The notes beneath the pieces are model-generated. The model made no database searches. It was not told the DNA's origin and saw only the letters and a list, made by a program, of their open reading frames with translations. Both the position numbers and the translations under genes were made by a program. Shown here piece by piece: positions 14,819 to 25,790 of a stretch of 45,053 bases of DNA. The DNA lies in sequence record PQ659294.1. One strand, given 5' to 3'. Position 1 is the first letter of the stretch. Every line of letters begins with the position of its first letter. Source of the DNA: Escherichia phage vB_ecoS_OzMSK.

Positions 14819-17797
14819 ATGGCAACAAATGAATTAGCTGGAATCACACTAGCCGTAGACGTCTCGCAGGTAGACAGAGGTACGCAGTCCCTGCAGAAGT
14901 TCAGGCAGGCAAACCAGCAAGCCGCTTCCGGCATTAGTGAGTTCGTCAATGCTGAGCAGGTTGCTAAAAACCAGGCTAGAGATACCGCTCGCGCACTTGC
15001 TGAGCAACAAGCATCTTTAGCTAAATTGCAAACGGCTATTGACCCAACTGCGGCAAAGTTCCGTAAGCTGCAAGAGGCAGCGGTGGGTCTTGATAAGGCG
15101 TTTGCTGCTGGCGTAGTTCCTGATGAGGAGTTTTTCCGCTTAGGTGAGGCACTTGAAACGCAGAACGCAAAACTTGCTCGATCACGTGCAGCGCTAACTG
15201 AAGAGGGTAGGGCAGCAGCTCAAGCCGCAAAGGATAAGGCAAAGGCAAAGGCTGAAGCTGATAGGTTCATTGCGTCACTTGAGCGTCAGGCTCAGGCGGC
15301 AACATTGACGCGTGAGGAGTACTTAAAATTACAGGCTGCTCAGCTTGGCGTAAGTTCTCAGGCAGCGCCTATTATTGACAGAATCGCCGATGCATCACAG
15401 AAGGCAAACACCCAGCTAATTGCTCAGAGCAAGGCATTTCAACGCTCTGGATTAAGCGCGGGTCAATACAAGGCTGCAATCTCTCAATTGCCAGCGCAGA
15501 TTACAGACATTGGGACATCACTTGCTGGCGGCATTCCGATTTGGCTTATTGCAATTCAGCAAGGCGGGCAAATTAAGGATGCATTTGGAGGTATTGGTAA
15601 CACCTTTAGATTCGCGCTAGCAGCCTTAAATCCATTCAATGTTGCTGTTGGGGTTTTGGGTGGCGCGCTTGTTGCTCTAGGTATCGGTGCTGCCCAGGCA
15701 GAGAGTGAATTCAGAGCATTAAATTCTGCCATTGCGTTCTCAAACAACTCCACAATCGCATCAATCTCGCAGGTTAGAGATTTGGTTAGCTCTGTTTCTG
15801 ATGCTACTGATGCAACCAGAGGACTTGTGACTAGCATCGCAACAAGCCTTATTGAGCAAGGGAACCTTACGCTGACGCAGATTGACAAGATTACTAAATC
15901 TACCGCCAGATGGGCGCAGTTGACAGGTAAGGATGCAAAGGAAATTACTGGTTACTATAACCAGATTGCGAGCGACCCAATTCAAGGACTTGCTGATTTA
16001 GACAAGAGGTTTAACTTCCTTACACAGGGGCAGTTAACAACAATTGAAAGATTGAGAGAGACTAGGGGTGAGGTTGAAGCCGTAACTGCTGCTATTGATA
16101 TATTTAGCAAATCACAGGAGGCAAACCTTAACGATATTGCAGCCCAGCTTACTCCTCTTGAATTGGCCTGGAATGACTTCAGGAAGTACATATCTGATGT
16201 ATGGGATGCAATTAGTCGCAGAACGGTTGGGGCGCTAAACCTGTTTGTTGACGTAATCGCCGGAACAATTGAGCAAATTAGGGTCTTCATCAACCAGGGT
16301 GATGTGCTGATTGGTGAATTCGTAATTAGCGCAACACAGGCACTGCAGAACATCCCCGGCCTTGATGGTGTTGGTGATGATGTTATCAAGGGGCAGCAGA
16401 AGATTATCGATGCAGCTAAGAAGCAAAACATTGAGCTAGAGAAGTCTATCAAGGAGCGCGATGCCAGAATCAGAGAAGGAGAACTTGGTTACGTTACTCG
16501 CAGAGAAAATCAGAATACCAATGAGCAGTCAGGCACTGATGAGGAGTTTGCAAAAAGGAAGAAAGCACTTCAGGATGAACTTGATGCGATCAAGAAGAAC
16601 AGGAAAGAAGAAAATGGTAGGGTTAAAGAGCAAAGAGACCTTACAATTGGTTACGAATCTGGCGTACTTGCACTACAGGCACAACTCAAGGTGCTTCAGG
16701 AAAACAGGGATATTGGCGCAGTAATAAGCAATGAGCGCAAGCAGTATCTTCAGGAGGAGGCTAAATTCAGGATTCTTGAGCAGAGGCAACTTGATGGCTC
16801 AATTACCAAAGAGCAAGCAAGGCTTCTAATTGAAAAGGATAAAGTTCTTGCACTCGCAAGGCAGAAAGCTGAGTTAGGCGATCAGATTGTTTTGCAGGAG
16901 CGCGCCAATAAGTTAGCTGAAGATAACCGCAAGAAGATTCTTCAGATTAACAACGAAGCAAGCAATATTAATTTGGGGGCTGGTTTGTCATCTCGCGAGC
17001 AGCAGAGGGCAAGAGAGATTCAGGCTCTCCAGTCCAATCAGGTTAATGCTGGTGGCTCTCTTGATGATTTTGATTTTCAGCAATTACTGGAAGCAAGAAA
17101 GGAATACTACAAGCAGGAGGATAATCTTAGGTCTGATTGGCAAGCTGGCGTAACATCAACGCTTGCAGACTTGGCTGAGAAATATACAGACTACAATCAG
17201 ATAGCTAAGGATTTAACTGTTGCGGCATTCGATGGAATTACAGACCAGATTACAAACCTTGTAACCACTGGTGAGACCAACTTCAGGGAGTTCACCGCAA
17301 ACATCCTCAAAATGATTGCGAAGATTGCAACTCAGTTACTTTTGGTTAAGGCCATCGAATCAACATTGACTAGTTTTGGTGGTGGAGGAGGTAACGCGTT
17401 TGGCTCAATTGCTTCCGGGTTAGGTTTCGCTGGTGGCGGCTACACTGGTGATGGTGGAAAATATCAGCCAGCAGGAACGGTACACCGAGGTGAGTTTGTA
17501 TTCACAAAAGAAGCGACAAGCAGAATTGGTGTGAAAAACCTTTACGCACTAATGAAAGGTTACGCGAATGGCGGTGTTGTTGGTGGCCCTTCTGGTTATG
17601 CGAATGGTGGATTGGTTTCTGGAGGCGCAGATGTTAATGTTAGCGGGATTACTGTTAGCGTTAATAGTGGGATTGGAAGCAACCCAGAGCAGGCCAAGGC
17701 GCTGCAAAATGGCGTTAAGGCAATCGTAGCTGAAGAGATTGCTCAGTCATTCCAGCAGGGGGGCAGAGCTTATCAGTACCTTCGCGGATTCAACTAA
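14819..17797 (+). CDS. tail tape measure protein
   Basis: 992 aa; long Ala/Gln/Glu-rich predicted coiled coil, hydrophobic central segment, Gly-rich C-terminus; precedes M-L-K-I-J. Confidence 0.9.
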   Translation: MATNELAGITLAVDVSQVDRGTQSLQKFRQANQQAASGISEFVNAEQVAKNQARDTARALAEQQASLAKLQTAIDPTAAKFRKLQEAAVGLDKAFAAGVVPDEEFFRLGEALETQNAKLARSRAALTEEGRAAAQAAKDKAKAKAEADRFIASLERQAQAATLTREEYLKLQAAQLGVSSQAAPIIDRIADASQKANTQLIAQSKAFQRSGLSAGQYKAAISQLPAQITDIGTSLAGGIPIWLIAIQQGGQIKDAFGGIGNTFRFALAALNPFNVAVGVLGGALVALGIGAAQAESEFRALNSAIAFSNNSTIASISQVRDLVSSVSDATDATRGLVTSIATSLIEQGNLTLTQIDKITKSTARWAQLTGKDAKEITGYYNQIASDPIQGLADLDKRFNFLTQGQLTTIERLRETRGEVEAVTAAIDIFSKSQEANLNDIAAQLTPLELAWNDFRKYISDVWDAISRRTVGALNLFVDVIAGTIEQIRVFINQGDVLIGEFVISATQALQNIPGLDGVGDDVIKGQQKIIDAAKKQNIELEKSIKERDARIREGELGYVTRRENQNTNEQSGTDEEFAKRKKALQDELDAIKKNRKEENGRVKEQRDLTIGYESGVLALQAQLKVLQENRDIGAVISNERKQYLQEEAKFRILEQRQLDGSITKEQARLLIEKDKVLALARQKAELGDQIVLQERANKLAEDNRKKILQINNEASNINLGAGLSSREQQRAREIQALQSNQVNAGGSLDDFDFQQLLEARKEYYKQEDNLRSDWQAGVTSTLADLAEKYTDYNQIAKDLTVAAFDGITDQITNLVTTGETNFREFTANILKMIAKIATQLLLVKAIESTLTSFGGGGGNAFGSIASGLGFAGGGYTGDGGKYQPAGTVHRGEFVFTKEATSRIGVKNLYALMKGYANGGVVGGPSGYANGGLVSGGADVNVSGITVSVNSGIGSNPEQAKALQNGVKAIVAEEIAQSFQQGGRAYQYLRGFN

Positions 17798-17827
17798 TTA
17801 ATGGGGCTTCGGCCCCTAAGGATTTTT

Positions 17828-18178
17828 ATGGCTATTGATACTTTTAACTGGTGCACGCAGATTCAGGGCGGGTCCGCATCTTTCAGTAACACAAACAACG
17901 TCCGCATTGTTAGCTTCGGTAATGGTTATGAGGCTAGAGGCACTGGCGGTTATCGCAGCAATAAGCGCAGCTACCAGATGACCTACACTAACAAGGACTG
18001 GAGAGATGTGATGGATTTCTGCCTCAACCACATCATTACCCCGTTCTTCTGGACTACGCCGCAGGGCGACACATCCATGTTCGTTATTCAGCAGGATAGT
18101 ATTAGCGTTACACCAGTCAGTAAGGAAGTTCAGACTGTAAGCATGCAATTCGTAGAAGTATTTAGTTCAATGCGTTAA
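17828..18178 (+). CDS. minor tail protein (lambda M-like)
   Basis: 116 aa from ATG 17828 (track start 17801 lies in a hairpin); first gene after tape measure. Confidence 0.65.
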   Translation: MAIDTFNWCTQIQGGSASFSNTNNVRIVSFGNGYEARGTGGYRSNKRSYQMTYTNKDWRDVMDFCLNHIITPFFWTTPQGDTSMFVIQQDSISVTPVSKEVQTVSMQFVEVFSSMR

Positions 18179-18181
18179 ACT

Positions 18182-18204
18182 AAGCCCCTATGCGGGGCTT
18201 TTTT
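18182..18204 (+). terminator. rho-independent terminator (AAGCCCCTATGCGGGGCTTTTTT)
   Basis: GC hairpin plus T6. Confidence 0.6.
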
Positions 18205-18217
18205 ATTGGAGAAATAT

Positions 18218-18973
18218 ATGCTAAGTTCAAAGTTTGAAAATCAGTTGCAAAGCCTTTTCCCTGGCGAGATTGTGACGCTAATCCAGGTTGACGGAACCTC
18301 CTTCGGAAGTCTCGTTTACAACTTCCACAATGAGAACATTTCATACACGCCAGAAGAGATTATGATGGCTCAAATGAATGGCGAGCCACTACCAGAGAAG
18401 ACTATTACATTTCGTGGTGAAGAGTATGGCCCCAGACCTTTTGGTATCTCGGGCATCAATATGACCTCTGACGGCAAGGCCAACAAAGTTACGCTAACAG
18501 TATCAAACGTAGACCAGCGAATTAGCGCATTGATTCGAACATACAACGGACTTGTTAAAGCTAAGGTTACCATCTGGATTACTACGCGAGACAACATCAA
18601 CGAAGATGGAAGCATTGCTGATGGGGACTATCGCAGATTTGTTTACTTCATTGAGCGACCGAAGCAGGTTGATTACAAAACCGCATCATTTGAGCTAAGT
18701 AGCCCAATGGATATGGATGGCATTTACATCCCAGCGAGACCTGTTCAGTCTGTTTGCTATTTCGCCTCTAGGGGCTGGTATCGAAGTGGTAATGGTTGCA
18801 CCTATGCTGGTAATAGATATTTCGACAAGGATGATAATCCAGTGGCGGACCCTTCATTAGACTTCTGTGCGGGGACTGTCAATAGCTGCAAAATCAGGTT
18901 TGGTGAGAATAATCAGTTAGATTTCGGCGGTTGCGCTGCCGCAAGCCTTCAGGCTAAAGCCAACCAGAGTTAA
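18218..18973 (+). CDS. minor tail protein (lambda L-like)
   Basis: ATG 18218 with GGAG RBS; Cys-containing C-terminal region; synteny M-L-K-I-J. Confidence 0.7.
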   Translation: MLSSKFENQLQSLFPGEIVTLIQVDGTSFGSLVYNFHNENISYTPEEIMMAQMNGEPLPEKTITFRGEEYGPRPFGISGINMTSDGKANKVTLTVSNVDQRISALIRTYNGLVKAKVTIWITTRDNINEDGSIADGDYRRFVYFIERPKQVDYKTASFELSSPMDMDGIYIPARPVQSVCYFASRGWYRSGNGCTYAGNRYFDKDDNPVADPSLDFCAGTVNSCKIRFGENNQLDFGGCAAASLQAKANQS

Positions 18974-18983
18974 GGGGGAGCAA

Positions 18984-19742
18984 ATGTTAACACCAAAAGT
19001 TAAGCTGCAAATATTCCAGCATGCAAAAGAAGTTTACCCGCACGAATGTTGCGGGGTTGTAACGCAGAAGGGCCGAGTCCAGAAATACCACAGAATCACC
19101 AATGCCAGTAAAGACCCAGAAAATGAGTTTATCCTTGATTCAAATGATTATTCTGATATCGCATTTGGCTTAGCTGACAATGAGTCAATTGTTTACGTAG
19201 TTCACTCCCACACGGGTGATGGAGTCACAACAAGACCTAGCCCAGCGGATATTTGCAGCTGCAACGAGTGTGAGATTCCTTATGTTATCGTCAGCATTCC
19301 GGAGGGAGATATGCGCATCCTTGAGCCATCATCTATGCCACTGATTGGTCGCCCGTGGGGGCTTGGTAGCTTTGATTGCTGGGGGCTTGTGATGGAATTC
19401 CACAAGAAATACGGAGTAAAACTGAATGACTACCGCGTCAATTACCCGTGGTGGGAGAAACGGTACAATGAAAATATCTATGACGACAACTGGATTAAGG
19501 AAGGATTTGAGCTGGTAAAAACTTCAGATATTCCTATTGGCTCGATGATTATGATGCAGGTGCAAAGCGAGGTGACAAACCACGCAGGAATCTACATTGG
19601 CAATAACAGATTCATTCATCACCTTTATGGCAAAATGAGCTCCGTTGATATCTACTCCGATTACTGGCGAGAGCGCACAGTGCGAATCGTTCGCCATAAG
19701 GATTTACCAGAGGATGTAATTTATGACCCAGAAACTGATTGA
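18984..19742 (+). CDS. tail assembly protein (lambda K-like; MPN/JAB plus NlpC/P60 domains)
   Basis: HSH-x-GD-x7-S-x2-D metalloprotease motif (HSHTGDGVTTRPSPAD) followed by a Cys/His-containing C-terminal half. Confidence 0.8.
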   Translation: MLTPKVKLQIFQHAKEVYPHECCGVVTQKGRVQKYHRITNASKDPENEFILDSNDYSDIAFGLADNESIVYVVHSHTGDGVTTRPSPADICSCNECEIPYVIVSIPEGDMRILEPSSMPLIGRPWGLGSFDCWGLVMEFHKKYGVKLNDYRVNYPWWEKRYNENIYDDNWIKEGFELVKTSDIPIGSMIMMQVQSEVTNHAGIYIGNNRFIHHLYGKMSSVDIYSDYWRERTVRIVRHKDLPEDVIYDPETD

Positions 19743-20295
19743 TATTAAGTTAGGCTTGTCTCTAGGCCGCAAGTTTGGAAAGATTCACCAGATGGCAGTG
19801 AATAGCGTGCCAGAGGCTATGCGAGCGCTTTGCTCTCAGATTCCTGCATTCAAGGAGTTCATGAGCAGCCACGTTGGGCAGAACACAAGATACGCAGTCT
19901 TTGTAGATGGTAAAAATGTGAACGAGCATCGAATCTCTGATTTTAGTGCCGTTCAGGAGATACGCATCTTGCCAATCCCGCAAGGCAGAAAGTCCGGCGG
20001 TTTGTTTCAGACAATTTTAGGTGCAGCGCTTATCACGGTTGGCATCTTCACTGGGCAGATTTATCTTGTTGGTGCTGGCGTATCTTTGGCAGCAGGTGGT
20101 ATTGCCCAGCTACTCTCACCGCAGGCAACTGGATTAAAGACCCAGAACAACCAAACAAGCAACAGAGCATCTTACGCATTTGGCTCCGCTGTAAACACGG
20201 TGGCTGCTGGTTATCCTGTTTGCCTTCCTTACGGCTATCGGACGGTTGGAGGATCTGTGTTTAGTGCCGGCAGCTACGCTGAAGATAATGCTTAA
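19723..20295 (+). CDS. tail assembly protein (lambda I-like)
   Basis: 190 aa, hydrophobic Gly-rich C-terminal half, between K-like and J-like genes. Confidence 0.65.
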   Translation: MTQKLIDIKLGLSLGRKFGKIHQMAVNSVPEAMRALCSQIPAFKEFMSSHVGQNTRYAVFVDGKNVNEHRISDFSAVQEIRILPIPQGRKSGGLFQTILGAALITVGIFTGQIYLVGAGVSLAAGGIAQLLSPQATGLKTQNNQTSNRASYAFGSAVNTVAAGYPVCLPYGYRTVGGSVFSAGSYAEDNA

Positions 20296-20301
20296 ATATC
20301 A

Positions 20302-20323
20302 TACCCGCCTAGTGCGGGTTTTT
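20302..20323 (+). terminator. terminator-like hairpin (ACCCGCCTAGTGCGGGT + T6)
   Basis: GC hairpin plus T-run. Confidence 0.55.
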
Positions 20324-20375
20324 TATTTAGTGTAGAATGGCACAAATGATCAAAACAAACATGAGGCTTTGTGAT

Positions 20376-23300
20376 ATGGCTGAAGATATTAAGATTTATG
20401 GTGCTAAAGGCGGCAGCCAGAAGCAGCATCAACCAGTGGAGCAGGAAGACAACCTGATTTCATTAAACAAGGTCAAGGTATTACTTGCGGTTGCTGACGG
20501 CGAGGTTGACCCTAACTTCTCAATGAAAGATTTATACCTTGCTGACGTTCCGGTGCAAAACCAGGATGGTAGCTACAATTATGAGGGTGTTCGCGCTGAG
20601 TTCCGTGCTGGCACGCAGTATCAGGACTATATCGCCGGGCTTGACGGTGCTAACTCAGAGATTCAGGCATCCAGAGAAATCAAGAACGATACCCCGTACA
20701 TCATTGCGGTTAACAATACTCAGCTTTCAGCAATTCGAGTTAAGCTATTCTGGCCTCGACTGGTCAAGCAAGAGAGCAACGGTGACCTGAACGGAACTAC
20801 ATGTGAGTATGCAATTGATCTTTCTGTTAATGGTGGCGCTTATCAGGAATATACTCGCGGAGTTGCTAACGGCAAGACCACTACAGGTTACGACCGCAGC
20901 ATTCGCGTGAACCTTCCGGCTGAATTTGATAGCGCACTGGTTCGCATCCGTAAGATCACACCAGACTCAACAAGTAGCACCCTGGTTAACGGAATGCAGA
21001 TAACAACCTATCAGGAGGTAATCGACGCTAAATTCCGCTATCCGCTTACAGCCCTGGTTTATGTTGAGTTCGGCTCTGACCTTTTCCCTAACGGGATTCC
21101 AACAATCTCAATCAAGAAGAGATGGAAGCTGATTCAGGTCCCAACTAACTACGACCCTGAAACCAGAACTTACAGCGGGACATGGAATGGCCTATTCAAA
21201 ATGGCATGGTCAAACAACCCAGCGTGGGTTCTGTATGACTTAGTGACAAACCGCCGCTACGGTCTTGATCAGCGAGAGTTGGGTGTAGAGATTGATAAGT
21301 GGGGCCTGTATGAAGCCGCGCAATTCTGTGACCAGATGGTTCCTGATGGTAAGGGTGGAATGGAGCCGCGCTACCTGTGCGACATGGTTGTACAGAATAA
21401 AGTTGAGGCTTACACGCTAATTCGTGACATCTGCTCAATCTTCCGTGGCCTGACTTTCTATGACGGCGAAAAGATTGGTATTGTGGTTGATAAGCCACGC
21501 AACCCATCATACATCTTCACGAATGATAACGTTGTTAATGGATTGTTCAGCCGCACATTTGCCAGTGATAAGAGCCTTTACACCACTGCAAACGTTCAGT
21601 TTGATGATGTTGAGAACAACTATCAGCAAGATGTTGAGCCTGTTTTTGAGCTCGAGGCCACTCGCCGATTCGGCTTCAATCCAGTCGACCTTACGGCAAT
21701 CGGCTGCACTCGAAGAAGTGAAGCAAACAGACGCGGCAGATGGCTCCTAAAAACCAATCTGAGAAGCGAAACTATCAGCTTCACCACTGGGTTGGAGGGC
21801 ATGATTCCGATGATTGGCGAGGTGATTGCGGTCAATGATGCTGCATGGTCTAGCAACTATCAGCTAAACCTTTCCGGTCGTATTGAATCAGTTCAGGGGT
21901 TGCAGGTTTTTACCCCGTTTAAAGTTGACGCAGCGCCAGGTGACAGAATTCTTCTGAACAAACCCGACGGAAGCCCTGAAGCAAGAACTATTGCCAGCAT
22001 TTCGGAAGACGGTAGAACCATCAACCTGAACACGGCGTTCAGCTTTGTAGCTCAGCCTGATACTGTGTTCGCAATTGATAAGGATAATCTGGCACTTCAG
22101 CAATATGTTGTGACCGGTATTCAAAAAGCAGATACTGATGGTAAGGACTCATTCCAGTATACGATTACTGCGGTAGAGTACGACCCTAACAAGTATGACG
22201 AGATCGACTACGGCGTTAACATTGCTGACCGCCCGACTTCAATTGTAGAGCCTGACAGATTATCGCCACCAGAAAACCTGACGGTATCAAGCTACAGTAA
22301 GGTTGTTCAGGGTTTATCAGTTGAGACGATGGTTATCGGATGGGATAAGGCTCCATACGCAAAAACCTACAATGTTCAGTGGAGGAAAGAGAATGGCAAC
22401 TGGATTAACGTACCAAGAACAGCTAGTACAGAGGTTGATATCGAAGGTATTTACGCAGGAATCTATGACGTTAGGGTTCGCAGCGTATCAGATACTGAAA
22501 ACGTGTCTGCCTGGTCTGATATTGTAACGGTATCGCTAACTGGCAAGATTGGTCGCCCATCTGCGCCTACGGTTATCACGGCGTCAACTGATGAGGTATT
22601 TGGCATCCGTGTTAAATGGGGATTCCCTGATGGCTCTGGTGATACTGCTTACACTGAGCTTCAGCAGGTTCCTGATAATGGCGATGGTACTTACAATCCT
22701 GATAACGCAAGCTTGCTGACGTTGCTGCCTTATCCAGCCTATGAATACTGGCATACTCCTATTCAGCCAGGTAAGGTTATCTGGTATCGCGCAAGATTGA
22801 TTGACAGAATAGGTAATACGTCTGATTGGTCTAGTTTCGCAAGAGGCATGAGTACTGACGACGAAAACATTATCAATGATTACATCAAAGTTGATATTGA
22901 AGGCTCAGAAGGATTCAAATACCTCGAGCAGAATGCGATTCAAAAGAATCAGGACATTCAGAACCAGGCAGAATCAATTCTTGAGAACGCATTAGCTAAT
23001 GACACTGATGTTCGTCGCATGACTAAGGAGAACGGCAAACGTAAGGCTGAATATGTTCAGGCTGTTAATCTCATAGCCGATGAGACTCAGGCGCGTGTAG
23101 AGGCTCTCACAGCTCTTAAAGCGCAGATAGATGATGAAGTTGTAGCATCGATTACAGAAGTTCAGACAGCGCTAGCCACCGAGACAGAAGCAAGGACTAC
23201 TGCAGACACGGCTCTATCAGCAAGATTGGGTGATAACGAGGCGGCACTAAACCAGAAACTGGATGCTTTCTCTAATGCCACATCCACTGGTGTGCAGTAC

Positions 23301-23762
23301 GGAATTAGTCTTGGCCTTAAATACAATGGACAGACTTATTCATCCGGCATGAGTATGGAGCTTGTTGGCACTGGTGGTAATGTTCGCAGTCAGTTCATCT
23401 TTGACGCAAACAGATTCGCAATCAGTAATGGTATTGGTTCTGGCTCCGGTCAATGGCAGCTCCCCTTCGTTGTCGAGAACGGAAACGTAATGATCCAAAG
23501 CGCAGTAATCGGAGATGGCTCAATTACTAACGCGAAGATTGGTAACAGGATTCAATCTAACAGCTACGTTCCTGGCTCTCAAGGATGGGCGATTGACAAG
23601 TCAGGAAGTGCGGAATTTAGTAACGCCACTGTAATGGGTAACCTGTATGCCAATAATGGTAACTTCGCATTTAACGGAACCAATAACACGGTTCAGATTA
23701 ACAATAACGGAATCACTGTAAACTTACCGAACGGAGGAAGAGTGGTAGTTGGAGTGTGGTAA
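20376..23762 (+). CDS. tail tip / central fibre protein (lambda J-like host specificity protein)
   Basis: ~1128 aa; N-terminal region aligns by eye with lambda J; ATG 20376 chosen over 20337 because of GAGG RBS and J-like N-terminus. Confidence 0.85.
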   Translation: MAEDIKIYGAKGGSQKQHQPVEQEDNLISLNKVKVLLAVADGEVDPNFSMKDLYLADVPVQNQDGSYNYEGVRAEFRAGTQYQDYIAGLDGANSEIQASREIKNDTPYIIAVNNTQLSAIRVKLFWPRLVKQESNGDLNGTTCEYAIDLSVNGGAYQEYTRGVANGKTTTGYDRSIRVNLPAEFDSALVRIRKITPDSTSSTLVNGMQITTYQEVIDAKFRYPLTALVYVEFGSDLFPNGIPTISIKKRWKLIQVPTNYDPETRTYSGTWNGLFKMAWSNNPAWVLYDLVTNRRYGLDQRELGVEIDKWGLYEAAQFCDQMVPDGKGGMEPRYLCDMVVQNKVEAYTLIRDICSIFRGLTFYDGEKIGIVVDKPRNPSYIFTNDNVVNGLFSRTFASDKSLYTTANVQFDDVENNYQQDVEPVFELEATRRFGFNPVDLTAIGCTRRSEANRRGRWLLKTNLRSETISFTTGLEGMIPMIGEVIAVNDAAWSSNYQLNLSGRIESVQGLQVFTPFKVDAAPGDRILLNKPDGSPEARTIASISEDGRTINLNTAFSFVAQPDTVFAIDKDNLALQQYVVTGIQKADTDGKDSFQYTITAVEYDPNKYDEIDYGVNIADRPTSIVEPDRLSPPENLTVSSYSKVVQGLSVETMVIGWDKAPYAKTYNVQWRKENGNWINVPRTASTEVDIEGIYAGIYDVRVRSVSDTENVSAWSDIVTVSLTGKIGRPSAPTVITASTDEVFGIRVKWGFPDGSGDTAYTELQQVPDNGDGTYNPDNASLLTLLPYPAYEYWHTPIQPGKVIWYRARLIDRIGNTSDWSSFARGMSTDDENIINDYIKVDIEGSEGFKYLEQNAIQKNQDIQNQAESILENALANDTDVRRMTKENGKRKAEYVQAVNLIADETQARVEALTALKAQIDDEVVASITEVQTALATETEARTTADTALSARLGDNEAALNQKLDAFSNATSTGVQYGISLGLKYNGQTYSSGMSMELVGTGGNVRSQFIFDANRFAISNGIGSGSGQWQLPFVVENGNVMIQSAVIGDGSITNAKIGNRIQSNSYVPGSQGWAIDKSGSAEFSNATVMGNLYANNGNFAFNGTNNTVQINNNGITVNLPNGGRVVVGVW

Positions 23763-23767
23763 TAAAT

Positions 23768-23795
23768 AAAGCCCCTTAATTGGGGCTTTTCTTTT
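23768..23795. terminator. bidirectional terminator between J (plus) and the RBP candidate (minus)
   Basis: AAAGCCCCTTAATTGGGGCTTTT flanked by A-run and T-run. Confidence 0.65.
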
Positions 23796-24765
23796 AGTAG
23801 AAGTTTGGAATGAATGGAAGTTCCATTGATATGTTCGTGTCGAAAGGAAACCGAGCGCCTGATTGCGTCGAGTAGTTACCAATTACAGAGCCAGGAACAG
23901 CCCTAACAGAGCCTCCAGACATGCAGACCCCCTTGTACCTTAAGTTGTTATAACCTCCAGTAACTCTAGTCGTAGCGCCGCATCTAAGCAGCGGGAAGAA
24001 TCCACCATTTATTGACTGGTATCCATTATTGATCTGAATGAATCCACCAAGAACAAATGGGCGGCGAACACTTGAAAAAACAATCTGACCAGAACTATTC
24101 GACATTGTTAGTCCTGGTCCGGCTGGTGGGGGTTCATTTCTGAATATCACCAACTGAACATAAGTACTTGCCGCAATATCATCTGTACCTCCGTAGGTTA
24201 TATCCCTACACCATATTGTTGATCCATCTGATTCAAGTGATACGTTTGGATTATCCCACTTGCCGAATGGTATGCCGCTAACTGGTAGCGATGCCGCCCT
24301 GTTAACCTGTATTCCTCCAACCCATGCTGCTGACATTAGTCTAGAGTTGCTTGATATAGCAAGGAAATCAGTTGAGTTTTCAACGAGTATCCCTGGGCTT
24401 GATGAAGATGATGCTGGTAGAATTTCAAAGCAATTCCCAGCAAAGTCAATTATTCGACCTTTAGCACCATTGAAGTTGCTGAGCGTTATCCTACCAGTGC
24501 CGTCATTTACCTTTTGAAACCCGTTCATGTAATAAACTTCGGGTATAACATCATAAGCGTCAACGTGGACTGCCTTCGTTGGTATGCAGAAAGCCGTAGA
24601 ACCGGGGGACATTGTCAATCCAAAATCCCACGAACTTGCTGGGGTTGAAAGTCCATTGGTATTTATTGATCCAGTCACAGCAGGCGCCCTTAATCCTGCC
24701 GTTATTTCCATCGCTGGTCTTCCGTCATTGAGGTCAATCAATATACCCTGCGGCATTATTTCCAC
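23794..24765 (-). CDS. putative receptor-binding protein (323 aa)
   Basis: Gly/Ser/Asn/Thr-rich beta-type composition; convergent with J and co-transcribed downstream of a lipoprotein gene. Confidence 0.4.
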   Translation of the reverse strand: MEIMPQGILIDLNDGRPAMEITAGLRAPAVTGSINTNGLSTPASSWDFGLTMSPGSTAFCIPTKAVHVDAYDVIPEVYYMNGFQKVNDGTGRITLSNFNGAKGRIIDFAGNCFEILPASSSSSPGILVENSTDFLAISSNSRLMSAAWVGGIQVNRAASLPVSGIPFGKWDNPNVSLESDGSTIWCRDITYGGTDDIAASTYVQLVIFRNEPPPAGPGLTMSNSSGQIVFSSVRRPFVLGGFIQINNGYQSINGGFFPLLRCGATTRVTGGYNNLRYKGVCMSGGSVRAVPGSVIGNYSTQSGARFPFDTNISMELPFIPNFY

Positions 24766-25001
24766 TCCTTACTGCCATGATCTGCAACAGATCCGCCGTA
24801 ACCTCCGCCAGCTTTGCTTTCAATGCCAGCGTATCGAATATCAACCTCACCAGCCGGAACAACCAAACCGCCTTTCCACTTAGCTACGCACACGCCGTTT
24901 GCTTGCGTTGCACACCAACCATCAGGACGGGGACCTGATGAACAACCAACTGCCATGATTACTGCTGCTGCGATGATTGCTGATTTGATGAAGTTATTCA
25001 T
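24756..25001 (-). CDS. small lipoprotein, superinfection-exclusion candidate (Cor/Llp-like)
   Basis: Signal peptide with lipobox AVGC ([23 protein letters not shown]); ATG at 25001 with AAGGA RBS; own class-A cassette upstream. Confidence 0.55.
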   Translation of the reverse strand: MNNFIKSAIIAAAVIMAVGCSSGPRPDGWCATQANGVCVAKWKGGLVVPAGEVDIRYAGIESKAGGGYGGSVADHGSKEWK

Positions 25002-25036
25002 TTTGTATTCCTTAGTAATTTCGTTTCGATGGAGTA

Positions 25037-25082
25037 ATAGTATCGCATCCTTGCGATCAGTGTTTAGCAATTCGTGCTATTT
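25037..25082 (-). promoter_or_regulatory. class-A promoter-like cassette inside the 3' end of the methylase gene, ahead of the lipoprotein gene
   Basis: Minus-strand AAATAGCACGAATTGCTAAA then TACTAT at the conserved spacing; the motif encodes the methylase C-terminus INSTNC and its stop. Confidence 0.5.
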
Positions 25083-25756
25083 ATTCTTTCTTTCGCAATT
25101 TTAAAGTAATCCGAATCAAGCTCTATACCTATAAAGCTCCTTCTTGTATTGACGCATGCCACGCCAGTGGTTCCGCTACCCATGCAGTTATCAAGAACTG
25201 TATCCCCTTCGTTTGTATATGTATTAATCAGGTATTCCATTAACGCTACGGGCTTTTGGGTAGGGTGTGCGCCTGTTTCTGTTGCGAATTCAAGAATTGT
25301 GGTTGGGTATCCAGTAACTGTTTGTCTTGTTGTCTTACTGCACTCATTGTAATTTCCGCGATTGGTTCTTGAAACCATCACATCCGTTTGCCTTGTCCCT
25401 TGCGGGTTGTATGTTGGCTGATTTGCATAAAACACCGCTATATCTTCAGTGTTTATAAGTGGTTGCTTTTTCGCATTTAGATGTCCAGTAGGTTTTGATT
25501 TTTTCCAAATCCAGCAATATTTAAATTCCTTTAGATTGCTTGTTATCAGCGCGGACGTGAAAGGCTGTGCGCAAGTAAGAACAACCGCCCCACGGCTTAT
25601 GCGGCGGTATTGACGCCAAAGTAACCGCAAATCGATGATGACATCCCATCTGTTTCTCGTTGTTCCATACGGCAAATCACATAAAATAAGGTCTATACTC
25701 TTGTCTGGGATATCATTCATCATCTCTAAGCAGTCGCCATTCATTAATTTAATCAT
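25064..25756 (-). CDS. dam: DNA N6-adenine methyltransferase (Dam-like)
   Basis: Motif IV DLPYG (ILCDLPYGT) precedes motif I-like [10 protein letters not shown], as in N6-adenine methyltransferases; 230 aa. Confidence 0.8.
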   Translation of the reverse strand: MIKLMNGDCLEMMNDIPDKSIDLILCDLPYGTTRNRWDVIIDLRLLWRQYRRISRGAVVLTCAQPFTSALITSNLKEFKYCWIWKKSKPTGHLNAKKQPLINTEDIAVFYANQPTYNPQGTRQTDVMVSRTNRGNYNECSKTTRQTVTGYPTTILEFATETGAHPTQKPVALMEYLINTYTNEGDTVLDNCMGSGTTGVACVNTRRSFIGIELDSDYFKIAKERINSTNC

Positions 25757-25790
25757 TTTCTATCTCTCTCTTCGTGTTTTTGATGTGGTA

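Noticed and set aside
14819-17797. Multiple minus-strand ORFs inside the tape measure gene (15036..15248, 15556..15888, 15761..15985, 15982..16452, 16235..16426)
   Set aside because: Antisense to a long, well-supported structural gene, Pro/Ser/Cys-rich low-complexity translations, no RBS; typical shadow ORFs
20539-22527. Internal or antisense ORFs within the J gene (20539..20790, 21196..21510, 21460..21750, 21623..21856, 21888..22124, 22303..22527)
   Set aside because: Contained within a 1128-aa gene with clear J-like features; no RBS
24260-25352. Plus-strand ORFs 24260..24517, 24584..24883, 24814..25104 and 25149..25352
   Set aside because: They overlap the well-supported minus-strand RBP, lipoprotein and methylase genes and lack start signals
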